A DNA stretch of 54,885 nt from an uncultured Verrucomicrobiota bacterium (GCA_964386675.1 CAYLTB010000002.1:1-54885); one strand, 5' to 3'; counted from the first letter of the stretch, positions 1 through 9,858 are shown. Numbers and translations are program-made. Notes: a model not told the origin generated them from the letters alone.

Positions 1-52
1 CATACGAGATAACAGCGAGTGACTGGAGTTCAGACGTGTGCTCTTCCGATCT
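1..52. other. Illumina TruSeq-style index (P7-side) adapter remnant; not biological sequence
   Basis: 1-10 CATACGAGAT, 11-18 AACAGCGA (index slot), 19-52 GTGACTGGAGTTCAGACGTGTGCTCTTCCGATCT. This matches the known adapter layout exactly. Confidence 0.95.
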
Positions 53-53
53 G

Positions 54-614
54 ACCGAGTACTACGCGTACGCGAACCGGGCGATCGCGACGGCGGGTGT
101 GATCGCGGTGGGCGGCGACCACATCACGAACGACCTGGCGCTGGGCTTGAAAATACCGACGGCACGGGCGGAAAAGCTGAAGGTCGAACACGGCGCCGCC
201 GTTCCCGAGCCGGCCCAGCGCCACCAGGCGATCCCGCTGCCGGCGGAGAGCGGTTTTCCGGAGCGCGTCGTGCGCCTGGGCGACCTGCAACTGATCATTC
301 ACGCCCGGATGCAGGAAACGCTGCGGATCGTGCGGAAAGAGATGGAGCGGCAGAACCTGCTGGAGCGCTTCGGCGCGGGCGTGGTGCTGACCGGCGGCGG
401 CGCACTGTTGCGGCGGCTGCCGGAGCTGGTCGTCCGGGAGTTCAACCTCCCGTGCACGCTCGGCCGGCCGCGCGGCGTCAGCGGGCTTTCGGTCAACTTC
501 GAGCCCGAGTTCGCCACGGTCGTCGGGTTGCTGCTCTACATCGAGCGCGGCGGCCCGCGCGAGGGCACGGGGTGGAATATCCGGGAGTTGTTGCGCCGGT
601 TGTTCGGCGTTTGA
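54..614 (+). CDS. ftsA: Cell division protein FtsA, C-terminal fragment (5' end lost at the adapter/contig edge)
   Basis: Translation TEYYAYANRAIATAGVIAVGGDHITNDLALGLKIPTARAEKLKVEHG... is actin-like FtsA subdomain sequence. It lies directly upstream of ftsZ. The first 6 residues of the track ORF derive from the adapter. Confidence 0.85.
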   Translation, partial: TEYYAYANRAIATAGVIAVGGDHITNDLALGLKIPTARAEKLKVEHGAAVPEPAQRHQAIPLPAESGFPERVVRLGDLQLIIHARMQETLRIVRKEMERQNLLERFGAGVVLTGGGALLRRLPELVVREFNLPCTLGRPRGVSGLSVNFEPEFATVVGLLLYIERGGPREGTGWNIRELLRRLFGV

Positions 615-629
615 GGCACATTCGGACGT

Positions 630-1823
630 ATGGGCGACGGACGGGTACTGGTGGTAGGGGTCGGCGGCGGCGGCGGCCGCGCGCTGGCGCACTTGTACGA
701 GCATTGGCGCGAGACGCCGGACCTCGCGGTCCTGCACACGAGCGAGGCGCTGCTGCACGCCAATCCGGTGCCCCGCTGCCTGGCGATCGGCGGCAGCGCA
801 ACCGACGGCCTCAGCGCCGGCGGCGACCCCGAGATCGGCCGGCGCGCGGCGGAGGAAGCGGCGGACACGCTGCGGGAGCTGTGGGCCGGCGTCGAACTCG
901 CCGTGATCGTCGCGGGGCTGGGCGGCGGCACCGGCGGCGGCGCCGCGCCCGTCGTCAGCCGCATCGCGCGCGAATCGGGCGCGCTCACGCTGGCGGTCTG
1001 CACGCTGCCGTTCTTCTTCGAGGGCGTCGGACGGCGGCAGCGCGCGGAGGAAAGCCTGCGCGCGCTGCGCGCGGCGTCCGACGCGGTGATCGTGTTTCCC
1101 AACCAGCGGCTCTTCGAGTGGGTCGGCGAGGGCGCGCCGCTGGCACGCGCGTTCGGTGTGGTGGACGAGGTTGTCGCCGCCGGCCTGCGCAGCCTGTGGC
1201 GGCTGTTGACGCAGCGCTGGCTGCTGGAGGTGGATTTTGCCGACCTGCGCCGGCTCGCGCTCGGAGGGGAGCGCCAGCTCGGCCTGGCGGCGTTCGAGGC
1301 CGGCGGTCCCAATCGCGTGCCCGAGACGCTGGCCCACCTGCGCGAAAGTCCGCTGCTGGAGCGCGGGCAGACGCTGGCCGCCGCCCGCGGGCTCGTCGTC
1401 GCCGCGATCGCCGGCCCCGACCTGACCCTCAGCGAGTTCGACCGCCTGATCCACGGTGTTACCGAGCAGGTCCACCCGGATGCGGAGCTGCATATCGGCG
1501 CGGCCATTGATCCGGAATATGAGGGGCGCGTCGGCTTGACGCTGCTGACGGCGGAACAGGCGCCCGCGCCCGACGTGGATGCGCCGCCGGCGCCCGCCGC
1601 GGAATCCGCATCCGCCCCGGAGGCGGCCGCCGCCGCGCCGCCCGCGTCCGCTCCGAAGCCGCGCCGGGCGCGCGGCGCGGCGAAACCCGTGCAGGGCACG
1701 CTGCCCATCGAACCGTCCGGCAAGGGGCGGTTCAAGGACACCGAGCCGACCATTCTCGATGGCGAAGACTTGGATGTGCCGACCTACATCCGCCGCGGAC
1801 TGAAACTCTCCCCGACGTTATGA
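630..1823 (+). CDS. ftsZ: Cell division GTPase FtsZ (divergent)
   Basis: VVGVGGGGGRAL N-terminal glycine loop, tubulin signature variant GLGGGTGGGAAPVV, PFFFEG...R motif, EVDFADL T7-loop region. Ala/Pro-rich linker and C-terminal peptide DLDVPTYIRRG. Confidence 0.9.
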   Translation: MGDGRVLVVGVGGGGGRALAHLYEHWRETPDLAVLHTSEALLHANPVPRCLAIGGSATDGLSAGGDPEIGRRAAEEAADTLRELWAGVELAVIVAGLGGGTGGGAAPVVSRIARESGALTLAVCTLPFFFEGVGRRQRAEESLRALRAASDAVIVFPNQRLFEWVGEGAPLARAFGVVDEVVAAGLRSLWRLLTQRWLLEVDFADLRRLALGGERQLGLAAFEAGGPNRVPETLAHLRESPLLERGQTLAAARGLVVAAIAGPDLTLSEFDRLIHGVTEQVHPDAELHIGAAIDPEYEGRVGLTLLTAEQAPAPDVDAPPAPAAESASAPEAAAAAPPASAPKPRRARGAAKPVQGTLPIEPSGKGRFKDTEPTILDGEDLDVPTYIRRGLKLSPTL

Positions 1824-3304
1824 AGTTCACACCGCTCAACTACGGGGTCCTCGGCCTGTACTTGCTGGCCATGCTGGCGATCGGATGGCGTTTCGCGGGC
1901 CGCCAGCGCACCACGGAGGACTTCTTTCTCGCCGGCCGCCGGCTGCCCTGGCTGCCCGTGGCGATGAGCCTGTACGCCTCCGTCACCAGCGCCAACACAT
2001 ACCTCGGCCTGCCCGGCATGGCCTATCGCGTCAACACGGCGTTGATCATGGTCAGCCTGATGAGCCCCCTCATCGCACCCGCGCTGATCTGGCTATTCTA
2101 TCCGTTCTATCGCCGCTGGAACGTGGCAACCTCCTACGAGTACGCCGAGCTGCGCTTCGGACGCCCCGCCCGTCTCGCCGTCTCCGCGCTCTTCCTGCTG
2201 GCGCGGATCGGCTGGCTGGGCATGGTCGTCTACGCGCCCGCGCTGGCGCTTTCCGCGGTCACCGGGCTGCCGCTGTGGGCCTCAATCCTCCTGATGGGAC
2301 TGCTGGCGACCGCCTACACGATGCTCGGCGGCCTTTCGGCGGTCGTGTGGACCGACGTCGCGCAGTTCGTCATCATGGTCGGAGGCGCGGTCGCGCTGGC
2401 GATCCTGATCCCGCGCGACGTGCCCGGCGGCGTCGCCGCGGTCTGGCGCGAGGCGCGGGCCGCCGGCAAGCTCGCCGGGTTCGACCTGAAGTGGGATATC
2501 GCGGAAATGACCGGCCTCGCCGTGGCCGTGTCCTACTTCTTCTACCTGATGCAGGAGTACGGCGTGGACCAGGTCAGCGTCCAGCGCTTGCTGGCCGTGC
2601 GGACCCGCCGCGGGCTGGTCGGCGCCATCCTGTTCAACGCGGCGACCGACGTCGCCATCATCGGGACGCTCTCCTTCATCGGCGTCGGCCTGTTCGCATG
2701 GGCGGCCGCGCATCCCGGCGTCATCCCCGACGGACTCAAGGGCGACCAGGTGCTGCCGTGGTTCATCGTCCACCGTTTTCCGGACGGCATTTCCGGCCTT
2801 TTGATCACGGCCATTTTCGCCGCCGCGATGTCGAGCGTGGATTCCGGCATCAACTCGGTCTCCTCGGTCATCGTGAACGACTTCGTCCGCCCGTATCGCC
2901 GAGACTGGTCGGAAGCCTTCGGCCTGCGGCTGGCGCGGTGGTTGACGGTGGCGCTCGGTATTTTCGCCACCGGCATGGCGTTCTGGGCCACGCGCATCGG
3001 CGGCATCGTCAAGGCCTTCCTGACGATCATGGGATTGTTCAGCGCGCCGGTGCTGGCGCTGTTCCTGCTCGGCATGCTCAACCGCCGCGCGCGCTTTGGG
3101 GCGTGGGGGGGCGGCGCGGCGCTGGCGTTCGGCCTGACGCTGGCGGCCCGTGAATACGAGCTGATGGACGAGATCTTCTTCTTCCCGTTCTCCTTCTGCA
3201 CGACCTACGCCGTCGGATGGCTGCTCAGCCGGTTTGGCTCCGTACCACCGCCGCGGCCGGGGCTGACGGTGTGGGATCGCGGCGCGGCGCCGGCGGCGAA
3301 GTGA
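1820..3304 (+). CDS. Sodium:solute symporter (SSF) family transporter
   Basis: 494 aa with about 13 hydrophobic segments and SSF-like blocks (YFLAGRRLPW, GGLSAVVWTDVAQF). Start overlaps the ftsZ stop (ATGA). Confidence 0.8.
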   Translation: MKFTPLNYGVLGLYLLAMLAIGWRFAGRQRTTEDFFLAGRRLPWLPVAMSLYASVTSANTYLGLPGMAYRVNTALIMVSLMSPLIAPALIWLFYPFYRRWNVATSYEYAELRFGRPARLAVSALFLLARIGWLGMVVYAPALALSAVTGLPLWASILLMGLLATAYTMLGGLSAVVWTDVAQFVIMVGGAVALAILIPRDVPGGVAAVWREARAAGKLAGFDLKWDIAEMTGLAVAVSYFFYLMQEYGVDQVSVQRLLAVRTRRGLVGAILFNAATDVAIIGTLSFIGVGLFAWAAAHPGVIPDGLKGDQVLPWFIVHRFPDGISGLLITAIFAAAMSSVDSGINSVSSVIVNDFVRPYRRDWSEAFGLRLARWLTVALGIFATGMAFWATRIGGIVKAFLTIMGLFSAPVLALFLLGMLNRRARFGAWGGGAALAFGLTLAAREYELMDEIFFFPFSFCTTYAVGWLLSRFGSVPPPRPGLTVWDRGAAPAAK

Positions 3305-3312
3305 AACCCTAG

Positions 3313-4467
3313 ATGAAGCCGCTACATTCAAGGGCCATTGCCGCGCCGAGCGCAGCGATCGCAGCCGCCGAACGCGCGTTGCTGCGCGCGCTGCTGGAAA
3401 TCCCGACCGCGCCATTCCGCGAGGAGCAGGTGGCCGATTGGATCGGGCGCTGGGCCGCGGAACGCGGCCGGCCGGTGCGGCGCGATCCCGCCGGTAACCT
3501 TTGGATGGAGGGACCGCCGCCGCGAGGTGCGCGCGGTCGCCGGGCGAGTCACTGGGTCTATGTCGCACACCTGGATCATCCCGGTTTCGTGGCAGTCGCA
3601 CAGCGGGGCCGGCGGCTGGCCGCGCAGTTCCGTGGCGGCGTGGACGAGGCCTTCTTTTCGGGCGCGCGTGCCCGGTTTTTCACGCCCGGCGAAGAAGTCG
3701 TCGCCGCCGTGCGCTCGGTCGGACCCGACCCGGAGGGCCCGTTCCGGCGCTGCACGCTGGAGCTGCCCGCCGGCGCGCACGTTCCGCCGGGAACGATCGG
3801 AATGTGGGACTTTCCCGGCTGCCTTGTGCGCGGCGATTCGGTGATCGCGCGCGGCTGCGACGACGTCGCAGGGGTCGCCGCTGCGTTGTGCGCGCTCGAT
3901 CGGATCGCGGTCGGCGGTCCGCCGCGACATCGCGTGTCGCTGCTGCTGACGCGGGCGGAGGAGGCGGGCTTTGTCGGCGCGCTCTGGGCGGCGAAGCGGA
4001 GCCGGCTTCCGCCGGACGCTTTCTTCCTCAGCATCGAAACCTCGAAGGCCCAGCCGGCGGCGCCGCTGGGCGGTGGCGCAGTGATTCGTGTCGGCGATCG
4101 CGTCTCCGTATTCGACTCCGAGTTGACGACGCACGTGGCCGCGGCCGCGGAGCGTCTTTCGGCGGCCGATTCCACGTTGCGCTACCGCCGGCACCTGATG
4201 CCAGGTGGGACGTGCGAGGCGACCGCGTTTCAGGCCTTCGGCCGCCGCGCGGCGGGGGTCTGTCTGCCGCTGGGCGCCTACCACAACATGGGCGCGCGCG
4301 GCCGGATCGCGCCCGAGCGAATCCGGTGGAGCGATTTCCGCGCGCTGGTCGCGCTGCTGGCGGCGCTGCCGGGCGACCCCGGCGGCCCGGCCGAAACTGC
4401 GGCCGCGTTGCGCCGCCGCCTCGACCGCCTGTTGCGCGAACGCGGGCCGTATCTGCGGCGCGGGTGA
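3313..4467 (+). CDS. M42/M28-type metallopeptidase-like hydrolase
   Basis: Blocks AHLDHPGF, CDDVAGVAA, TRAEEAGFVGA and MPGGTCEA resemble the metal-ligand blocks of M42 aminopeptidase/endoglucanase-like proteins. Confidence 0.6.
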   Translation: MKPLHSRAIAAPSAAIAAAERALLRALLEIPTAPFREEQVADWIGRWAAERGRPVRRDPAGNLWMEGPPPRGARGRRASHWVYVAHLDHPGFVAVAQRGRRLAAQFRGGVDEAFFSGARARFFTPGEEVVAAVRSVGPDPEGPFRRCTLELPAGAHVPPGTIGMWDFPGCLVRGDSVIARGCDDVAGVAAALCALDRIAVGGPPRHRVSLLLTRAEEAGFVGALWAAKRSRLPPDAFFLSIETSKAQPAAPLGGGAVIRVGDRVSVFDSELTTHVAAAAERLSAADSTLRYRRHLMPGGTCEATAFQAFGRRAAGVCLPLGAYHNMGARGRIAPERIRWSDFRALVALLAALPGDPGGPAETAAALRRRLDRLLRERGPYLRRG

Positions 4468-4732
4468 CCGCAAGCCGCCGATCGAATCGGTGCGGAGCGT
4501 CGGCTATCGAATGTCGGACGAATCGGCCTAGCAACCTACCGTCCACGGCAACAGCGCGTAACCAAATCCTAATAACCCACTCACGCATTGCTAATCCGGT
4601 ATTAGTACGGTGCTAACGGACTGCAAACTGCGGCGCCGGATCGGAGGCACCGTGCCATGCCGGTCGGCGAGGTTTCCGCGGGGGCGGGTCCCGGCGGGCG
4701 CAGGCGCGCCTGCGGAAGGAGAGTTGAACGGC

Positions 4733-5842
4733 ATGAAGACTCCATGGATCGCGGCGGCCTTGGCCGTCGGGCTGGCCGCCGGCACGGCCGGGGCGCAGGA
4801 AGTGAAGAAATCGTGGACGGACACCCTGACCTGGAAGGGCGACGTGCGTTACCGTTTCCAATCCACGGACGAGGAGGGAAAGGAGGAGCAGCCGCGACTG
4901 CGGAACCGCTTCCGGGCCCGCCTCTCGCTGGATGCGAAGGTCAACGAGGACGTCAAGGCCGGCGTCCGGATCGTCACCAATGCGGGCGAACCGATCACCG
5001 ATCATGTGACCATGAGCGGATCCTTTGACGATAAGCCGGCCCGGATAGACCGCGCATTCCTCGATTGGAAGGTGGCGGAGGGATTGAACCTGGCCGCGGG
5101 CAAAATGGCCCAGCCGTGGATCGCCGTCTCCGACCTGGTGTTCTCGGCGGACATGAATCCTGAGGGCGTGGTTGCCCGCGCGAAGCTGGGGCTCGACGAG
5201 GGCGCGGACCTGATCGCGTCGGCGGGCTACTGGGTGGTGCAGGAGCGCGCGACGGCCGGGGAGACCTCGTTCGTCTCCGCACAAGCCGCGCTGCAGCTCA
5301 AACCCGCCGAGCAAACTTCCGTGGTCTTCGGCGCCAGCCTGTTCGCGTTCGACGGAGTCGAGGGGGAGCAGTTGCTCTTTGATGAAGCCAAGTCCTTCGG
5401 CAACACCACGCGCAAGGTCGGCGCTGGCGATGCGGCCTATCTCGTCTACGGCACCGGCTTTACAGTGGTGGAGGGTTTCGCGCGCGTGGAGTTCAACGCG
5501 GGCCTCCCCGTGGCGATCGGCGGCCAGTACGCCGTGAACACCGAGGCCGACCGCGATGACACCGCTTTTCTGGGCGAAATCCGCCTCGGCAAGGCCTCCG
5601 CGCCCCGTTCGTGGGAAGTCGGCTACCAGTACCGCGAGCTCGAGAAGGATAGCGTGCTGGGCGTCTTCGCGGAAAACACCGATACCGGCAACGGCACCAA
5701 CGTGCGCGCGCACATCCCCTACGTGCGCTATGCGGTGTCGAAGAACTTCGACATCAAGCTGCAGTACGCGATCGCCGAAAAGGGCCTGAACAACGGAACA
5801 GACCTGAACACATTCAAGGCGGACTTCACGGTCGGATTCTGA
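4733..5842 (+). CDS. Outer-membrane beta-barrel porin-like protein
   Basis: Signal peptide MKTPWIAAALAVGLAAGTAGAQE after a GGAAGGAG RBS. Alternating amphipathic strands and a C-terminal FKADFTVGF ending in Phe, typical of OMPs. The track ORF start at 4610 is probably an upstream extension. Confidence 0.6.
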   Translation: MKTPWIAAALAVGLAAGTAGAQEVKKSWTDTLTWKGDVRYRFQSTDEEGKEEQPRLRNRFRARLSLDAKVNEDVKAGVRIVTNAGEPITDHVTMSGSFDDKPARIDRAFLDWKVAEGLNLAAGKMAQPWIAVSDLVFSADMNPEGVVARAKLGLDEGADLIASAGYWVVQERATAGETSFVSAQAALQLKPAEQTSVVFGASLFAFDGVEGEQLLFDEAKSFGNTTRKVGAGDAAYLVYGTGFTVVEGFARVEFNAGLPVAIGGQYAVNTEADRDDTAFLGEIRLGKASAPRSWEVGYQYRELEKDSVLGVFAENTDTGNGTNVRAHIPYVRYAVSKNFDIKLQYAIAEKGLNNGTDLNTFKADFTVGF

Positions 5843-5857
5843 CGCATGAGTGAAAGC

Positions 5858-5893
5858 GATCGGGCGCGCGGGCTTCGGTCCGCGCGCCCGATC
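5858..5893. terminator. Perfect 14-bp GC-rich hairpin between convergent genes (candidate bidirectional terminator)
   Basis: GATCGGGCGCGCGG-gcttcggt-CCGCGCGCCCGATC, 16 nt after the porin stop. No clear U-tract. Confidence 0.45.
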
Positions 5894-5956
5894 CGTTCTC
5901 GCGCCGCCCCCCGCCCGCGGACGCGTCTGCTCAAGCTACCGCGTCCGCCTTTTCAA

Positions 5957-5998
5957 GCGTCGCAAAACACATCGCGATCGTGAAGTGTTTTGCGACGC
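5957..5998. terminator. Second perfect 14-bp hairpin in the same convergent intergenic region
   Basis: GCGTCGCAAAACAC-atcgcgatcgtgaa-GTGTTTTGCGACGC. Confidence 0.4.
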
Positions 5999-6094
5999 AG
6001 GTTCGAAGACGGGGAACTGCGGTCGTCACGCGGGACGGCGCCGGGCGGACCGAAACGCCGTCCGGCGCGGGATTGGTCGCCTTCGGAAGACGGC

Positions 6095-8461
6095 CTACCG
6101 CGGCAGGATTTCGTAGGGGATGGCGGGGAGTTGGCCGAGGACGACCCGGCGTGGGCCCTCGCGGCGGGACGGAGGAGCGGCGGGTGCCGGCGGGGCCGGG
6201 GGATTCGGCGCCGCCGGCGGCGTGTCGCTCCGTTCCAGAATGAGGTCGAAAATCAGATTGCCGCGCGCGCCGGCTTTGGCGTCGGCGGCCGCCGCCAGCA
6301 CGACCTCGATGCGGCCGCTGGACGCGTCCGCCTTTTCCAGCGTCACGCCCGGGGGCGGATCGTTCAGCGCCAGCGTCACGCGGCCCGCACGCCGCGCCTG
6401 CGGCGGCGTCTCGACCGTGAAACTCGCATTGCCGCCGGCCGGCAGCCGGACCGTCTGAACGGAAGCCGCCGGCGTCGCGATGCCGGGACGGGCCGGTCCC
6501 CCCGGCAGGACCAGCGCGGTGAAACTCGAGACGGGCGTCAGAAAGCGCCACAGAAAAGCCTGCATTTCGTCCTCGGCGGGCACCGCCGTACGCACGACGC
6601 GCTCGCCCGCAATTTCGGCCTCGCCCTCGAAAACCAGGTCGGCCGGGCCCGGCTCTTGTGCGCGCGTCGCGCTCAGCGTCAGCCGCACCTGTTCCTGGCC
6701 CGCCGGTATCCGGCCGCCCGCGATCGTGAATCCGCGGCCGTTTTTCAGTTTGACCTCGATCTCGCCGTCAAAACCGTCACGGCGCAGCGCGTGCACCGTG
6801 AGCGCCGCTGACGCGCCGCGGCGGACAGCCACGCCCGACGGCACGATGCGCAGCTCAAAGTCCGGCCGCGCCTCGGAGATCCGCAGCCGATACCGGTATT
6901 CCGGGCCGGCCTTGCCCTGGAGGTCGGCGATGCGCGCCTCATAACGGCCGTCCTTCGGCAGCGTGAACGCGATGCGCGCGTCGGCCTGGTGCGTGACGAG
7001 CCCCGCGCCGCGGTCCTCGGTGTCGTCGTTCAGCGCCAGCGTCGCGCCCGCGGCGTCGGCCAGCGTCAGCGCCGCGTCGAGCGGGCTGCCCAGCCGACGG
7101 GCCTGCACTTCCAGCACGACCGTCTGCCCGGCCTTGCCGGCAAAAGCATAGACATCCTGTTCGCCGGGCTTTTCGATCACCCCGTTGACGGTCGCCGGCA
7201 GCGTCACGCTTTGGCGAGTCGGTCCACCGCGCCGCCGCACTTCTTCGATTTCCGGCAGCGTATCCACCGCCCAGCGCAGGACCGGGTTTGCGAGCGCGCC
7301 CTTCGGCAGCGCCGGCAGCGGATGGATGCCGGGCGGCAGGTCGCCGGGGAAATCGAGCGCGGTTTTCGCGAGATTCCAGCCGTTCAGGGTTACCCGCGCC
7401 GGCGCCCCGGCGCGGCCGCCCAGCGGTTCGATATCGGTGACGTAGGGAATCTCGCCGACGGTCATGCGGTACACGAAATCCTCGCGGCCGCGGTAGATGC
7501 AATCGCGGATTTCCAGCGTATAGTCGCCGTCCGCCGGCGGGTCAAAGCGCAGCACCGGGTCGGGATGAAAGCGGAAATGATCGCTGCAGGCCAGCTCGCG
7601 GCCCTCGGCGTCGCGCACGGTCACGACCGGATCGCACCAGCCGGGCACGGCGTCGGCGATGTAGGGCCGCAGTTCACGCGCGGCGACGGCGATGACGATC
7701 CGCTGTCCGGCGCGCGCGGGGAAGCGGTAGCGGTCGCATTCGCCGGGGCCGAGCTGGCCGTTGACGACGACCGGCGGCGCCAGCCGGAGAGGCTGGCGTT
7801 CGGGCGCGGCCTGCCGTTGCAGCGGTCCGGCGCGCGGTCCGCCCACGGTGGCCATCACTTCGACCGCGGTCAGCGGCGGCTCGGACAGTTCCGGCAGTTC
7901 GCCGACCTGGAAGATCACGGGGGCGGAAACGCCGCCGTTGCCGGCCAGCCGGAACTCGCGGGTGCCCGGAGTGGCGTCCGGCGCGACGGCGATTTCGAGC
8001 TCGATGCGTTCGCCGAACGCCGGCGCGTTGCGCGAGCGGCCGAGCATTGCCATTTCCTCCGCCAACTGCGCCAGCCGCCGCTCGTTCTCGGCGGTCCAGG
8101 AGTTCGCGCCGGCGCGCGGACGTCCGGCGCTCGTGCGCTGGGATTCGCGCTGGCGCTGCAGCAGGTCGCGCAGCTCTTTCTGGCGCTCCTCCTGTTCCTC
8201 GGGCTTCATCGGGCGGAGATGCGCGACCACTTTCGCCGTGATGCCCGAGCCGGAGAAGAAAGGCGTCGCCTCTTCGGGCAGCCGCTGGCCGCCGACGACG
8301 GCGCGGATCGTCTCGCCCTGCCGCGCGCCGGCGGGATAGAGGTAAGCGACCGCCGGCGGGCGGTTCTGCGCGGCGGCGCCTCCGGCCCAGAGCAGCGCGA
8401 GACCCGCCGCCGCGCCGATCCGCCGACGACCTTGCGGCACGCCGGTGAATGCGCGGATCAT
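6095..8461 (-). CDS. Secreted multi-domain protein with two pre-peptidase C-terminal (PPC)-like domains
   Basis: Signal peptide ...LALLWAGGAAAQ. Two PPC-like blocks (GECDRYRFPARAGQRIVI..., EQDVYAFAGKAGQTVVLEV...LNDD). 4-nt overlap with the upstream DUF1501 gene. Confidence 0.55.
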   Translation of the reverse strand: MIRAFTGVPQGRRRIGAAAGLALLWAGGAAAQNRPPAVAYLYPAGARQGETIRAVVGGQRLPEEATPFFSGSGITAKVVAHLRPMKPEEQEERQKELRDLLQRQRESQRTSAGRPRAGANSWTAENERRLAQLAEEMAMLGRSRNAPAFGERIELEIAVAPDATPGTREFRLAGNGGVSAPVIFQVGELPELSEPPLTAVEVMATVGGPRAGPLQRQAAPERQPLRLAPPVVVNGQLGPGECDRYRFPARAGQRIVIAVAARELRPYIADAVPGWCDPVVTVRDAEGRELACSDHFRFHPDPVLRFDPPADGDYTLEIRDCIYRGREDFVYRMTVGEIPYVTDIEPLGGRAGAPARVTLNGWNLAKTALDFPGDLPPGIHPLPALPKGALANPVLRWAVDTLPEIEEVRRRGGPTRQSVTLPATVNGVIEKPGEQDVYAFAGKAGQTVVLEVQARRLGSPLDAALTLADAAGATLALNDDTEDRGAGLVTHQADARIAFTLPKDGRYEARIADLQGKAGPEYRYRLRISEARPDFELRIVPSGVAVRRGASAALTVHALRRDGFDGEIEVKLKNGRGFTIAGGRIPAGQEQVRLTLSATRAQEPGPADLVFEGEAEIAGERVVRTAVPAEDEMQAFLWRFLTPVSSFTALVLPGGPARPGIATPAASVQTVRLPAGGNASFTVETPPQARRAGRVTLALNDPPPGVTLEKADASSGRIEVVLAAAADAKAGARGNLIFDLILERSDTPPAAPNPPAPPAPAAPPSRREGPRRVVLGQLPAIPYEILPR

Positions 8462-9858
8462 ACCAGCTCCGTGAGGCGCCCGGCCGACGGCACTTTTTCC
8501 GAAGGATCCGGTGTCACCCGCACGTCGAGGCCCTGCGCGTTGGGCATCGGTCCGTCGGGGTCAATACCGAGCCGCGCGTAGAGGCTGCCGAGCAGGTCGC
8601 ACGGATACACCGGCCGGCGGACAATCTTCTCGCCGCGCTCGTCGGTCTCGCCAACCACGCGGCCGCCTTTGAAGCCGCCGCCGGCGAGCACGCAGCAATA
8701 GGCCGCGCCGAAGTGGTTGCGGCCGCCGTTCCAGGGGGGCTCCCACAGGATGCGCGGCGTGCGCCCGAACTCGCCGCCCCACCAGACGACCGTAGTCGGC
8801 AACAGTCCGCGCTGATCGAGGTCTTCCAGCAGCGCCGAGAAACCGCGGTCCATTTCGGGCAGTTTCCGGCGCATGATCTGGAAGTGCTGCTTGTGGGTGT
8901 CCCAGCCCTGGTAATTGATCGTGACGTACGGCACGCCCTTCTCGATCAGGCGGCGCGCGGCGAGGCACGACTGGCCGAAGGTGTTCTTGCCGTAACGCTC
9001 GCGGACGGCCTCGGGTTCCTGCGCGAGGTCGAAGACCTTGCCGCCGTCGCCGAGGATCAGTTCGTACGCCTGTTCGCGCGCGGCCGCGGCAGCGGCGAGC
9101 GCGGGGGCGTCGGGCGCGGCGCGGCGCAGCGTATTGAGTTCATCGAGCAGCGCGCGCCGCGCGCGCTGGCGGTCGTCGGACACGTCCGACAGCACGACGC
9201 CCTCCACGGCGAACCGCGGCTGGGCCGGGTCGCCGCCGGTGGCGAACGGCTTGTATTTCAGGCCGAGGAAGCCTTCCTCCGCAAACCGCCCCTGCGGCTG
9301 CGTCAGCACGATATAAGGCGGCACGAGGCCGGCGTAACCGGCGTCATAGCCTTTGAACAGGTTTACGACGGCGCCGGCGCACGGATAGACCAGCCGGCCG
9401 CCGGGCGGACGGCCCGTCTGCGCGATGTAGGCGGCCGTCTCGTGGCCGTTGATGCCGTGCGTCATCGAGCGAATGATGCTGTACTTGTCCGCCATCTTTG
9501 CGAGCATCGGCAGCAGCTCGTTGATCTGGATGCCGTCCACATTCGTGGGCAGCGGAGCGGTGAAGGGACCGGAGTAGTCGTTTCCGGCCTTGGGCTTGGG
9601 GTCGAATGTGTCAATATGGCAGGGTCCGCCCCAGAGCCAGATCTGGATGACGGCCCGGGCCGTCGCCGGTCCGGCGCTGGCGCCCGCGGCGGCACGGGCG
9701 GCGCCGTCTTCGCGTGCGGCCGGGGGGGCGGCGAACGCCAGCGGCGCGCCCCAGCGGTGCGCCAGCCAGCCGCCGAGGCCGAGAAGACCGGTCTGCAGAA
9801 ACCGGCGACGGGTAACGGATGATTCAAGCAGGCGTGACATTGACGGATGCGTATTCAT
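8458..9858 (-). CDS. DUF1501 (sulfatase-like fold) protein with twin-arginine signal
   Basis: TRRRFLQTGLLGLGG Tat motif. Downstream blocks (IQIWLWGGPCHIDTFDPKP, WDTHKQHF, FGRTPR) are typical of DUF1501 proteins of Planctomycetes/Verrucomicrobia. Confidence 0.85.
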   Translation of the reverse strand: MNTHPSMSRLLESSVTRRRFLQTGLLGLGGWLAHRWGAPLAFAAPPAAREDGAARAAAGASAGPATARAVIQIWLWGGPCHIDTFDPKPKAGNDYSGPFTAPLPTNVDGIQINELLPMLAKMADKYSIIRSMTHGINGHETAAYIAQTGRPPGGRLVYPCAGAVVNLFKGYDAGYAGLVPPYIVLTQPQGRFAEEGFLGLKYKPFATGGDPAQPRFAVEGVVLSDVSDDRQRARRALLDELNTLRRAAPDAPALAAAAAAREQAYELILGDGGKVFDLAQEPEAVRERYGKNTFGQSCLAARRLIEKGVPYVTINYQGWDTHKQHFQIMRRKLPEMDRGFSALLEDLDQRGLLPTTVVWWGGEFGRTPRILWEPPWNGGRNHFGAAYCCVLAGGGFKGGRVVGETDERGEKIVRRPVYPCDLLGSLYARLGIDPDGPMPNAQGLDVRVTPDPSEKVPSAGRLTELV

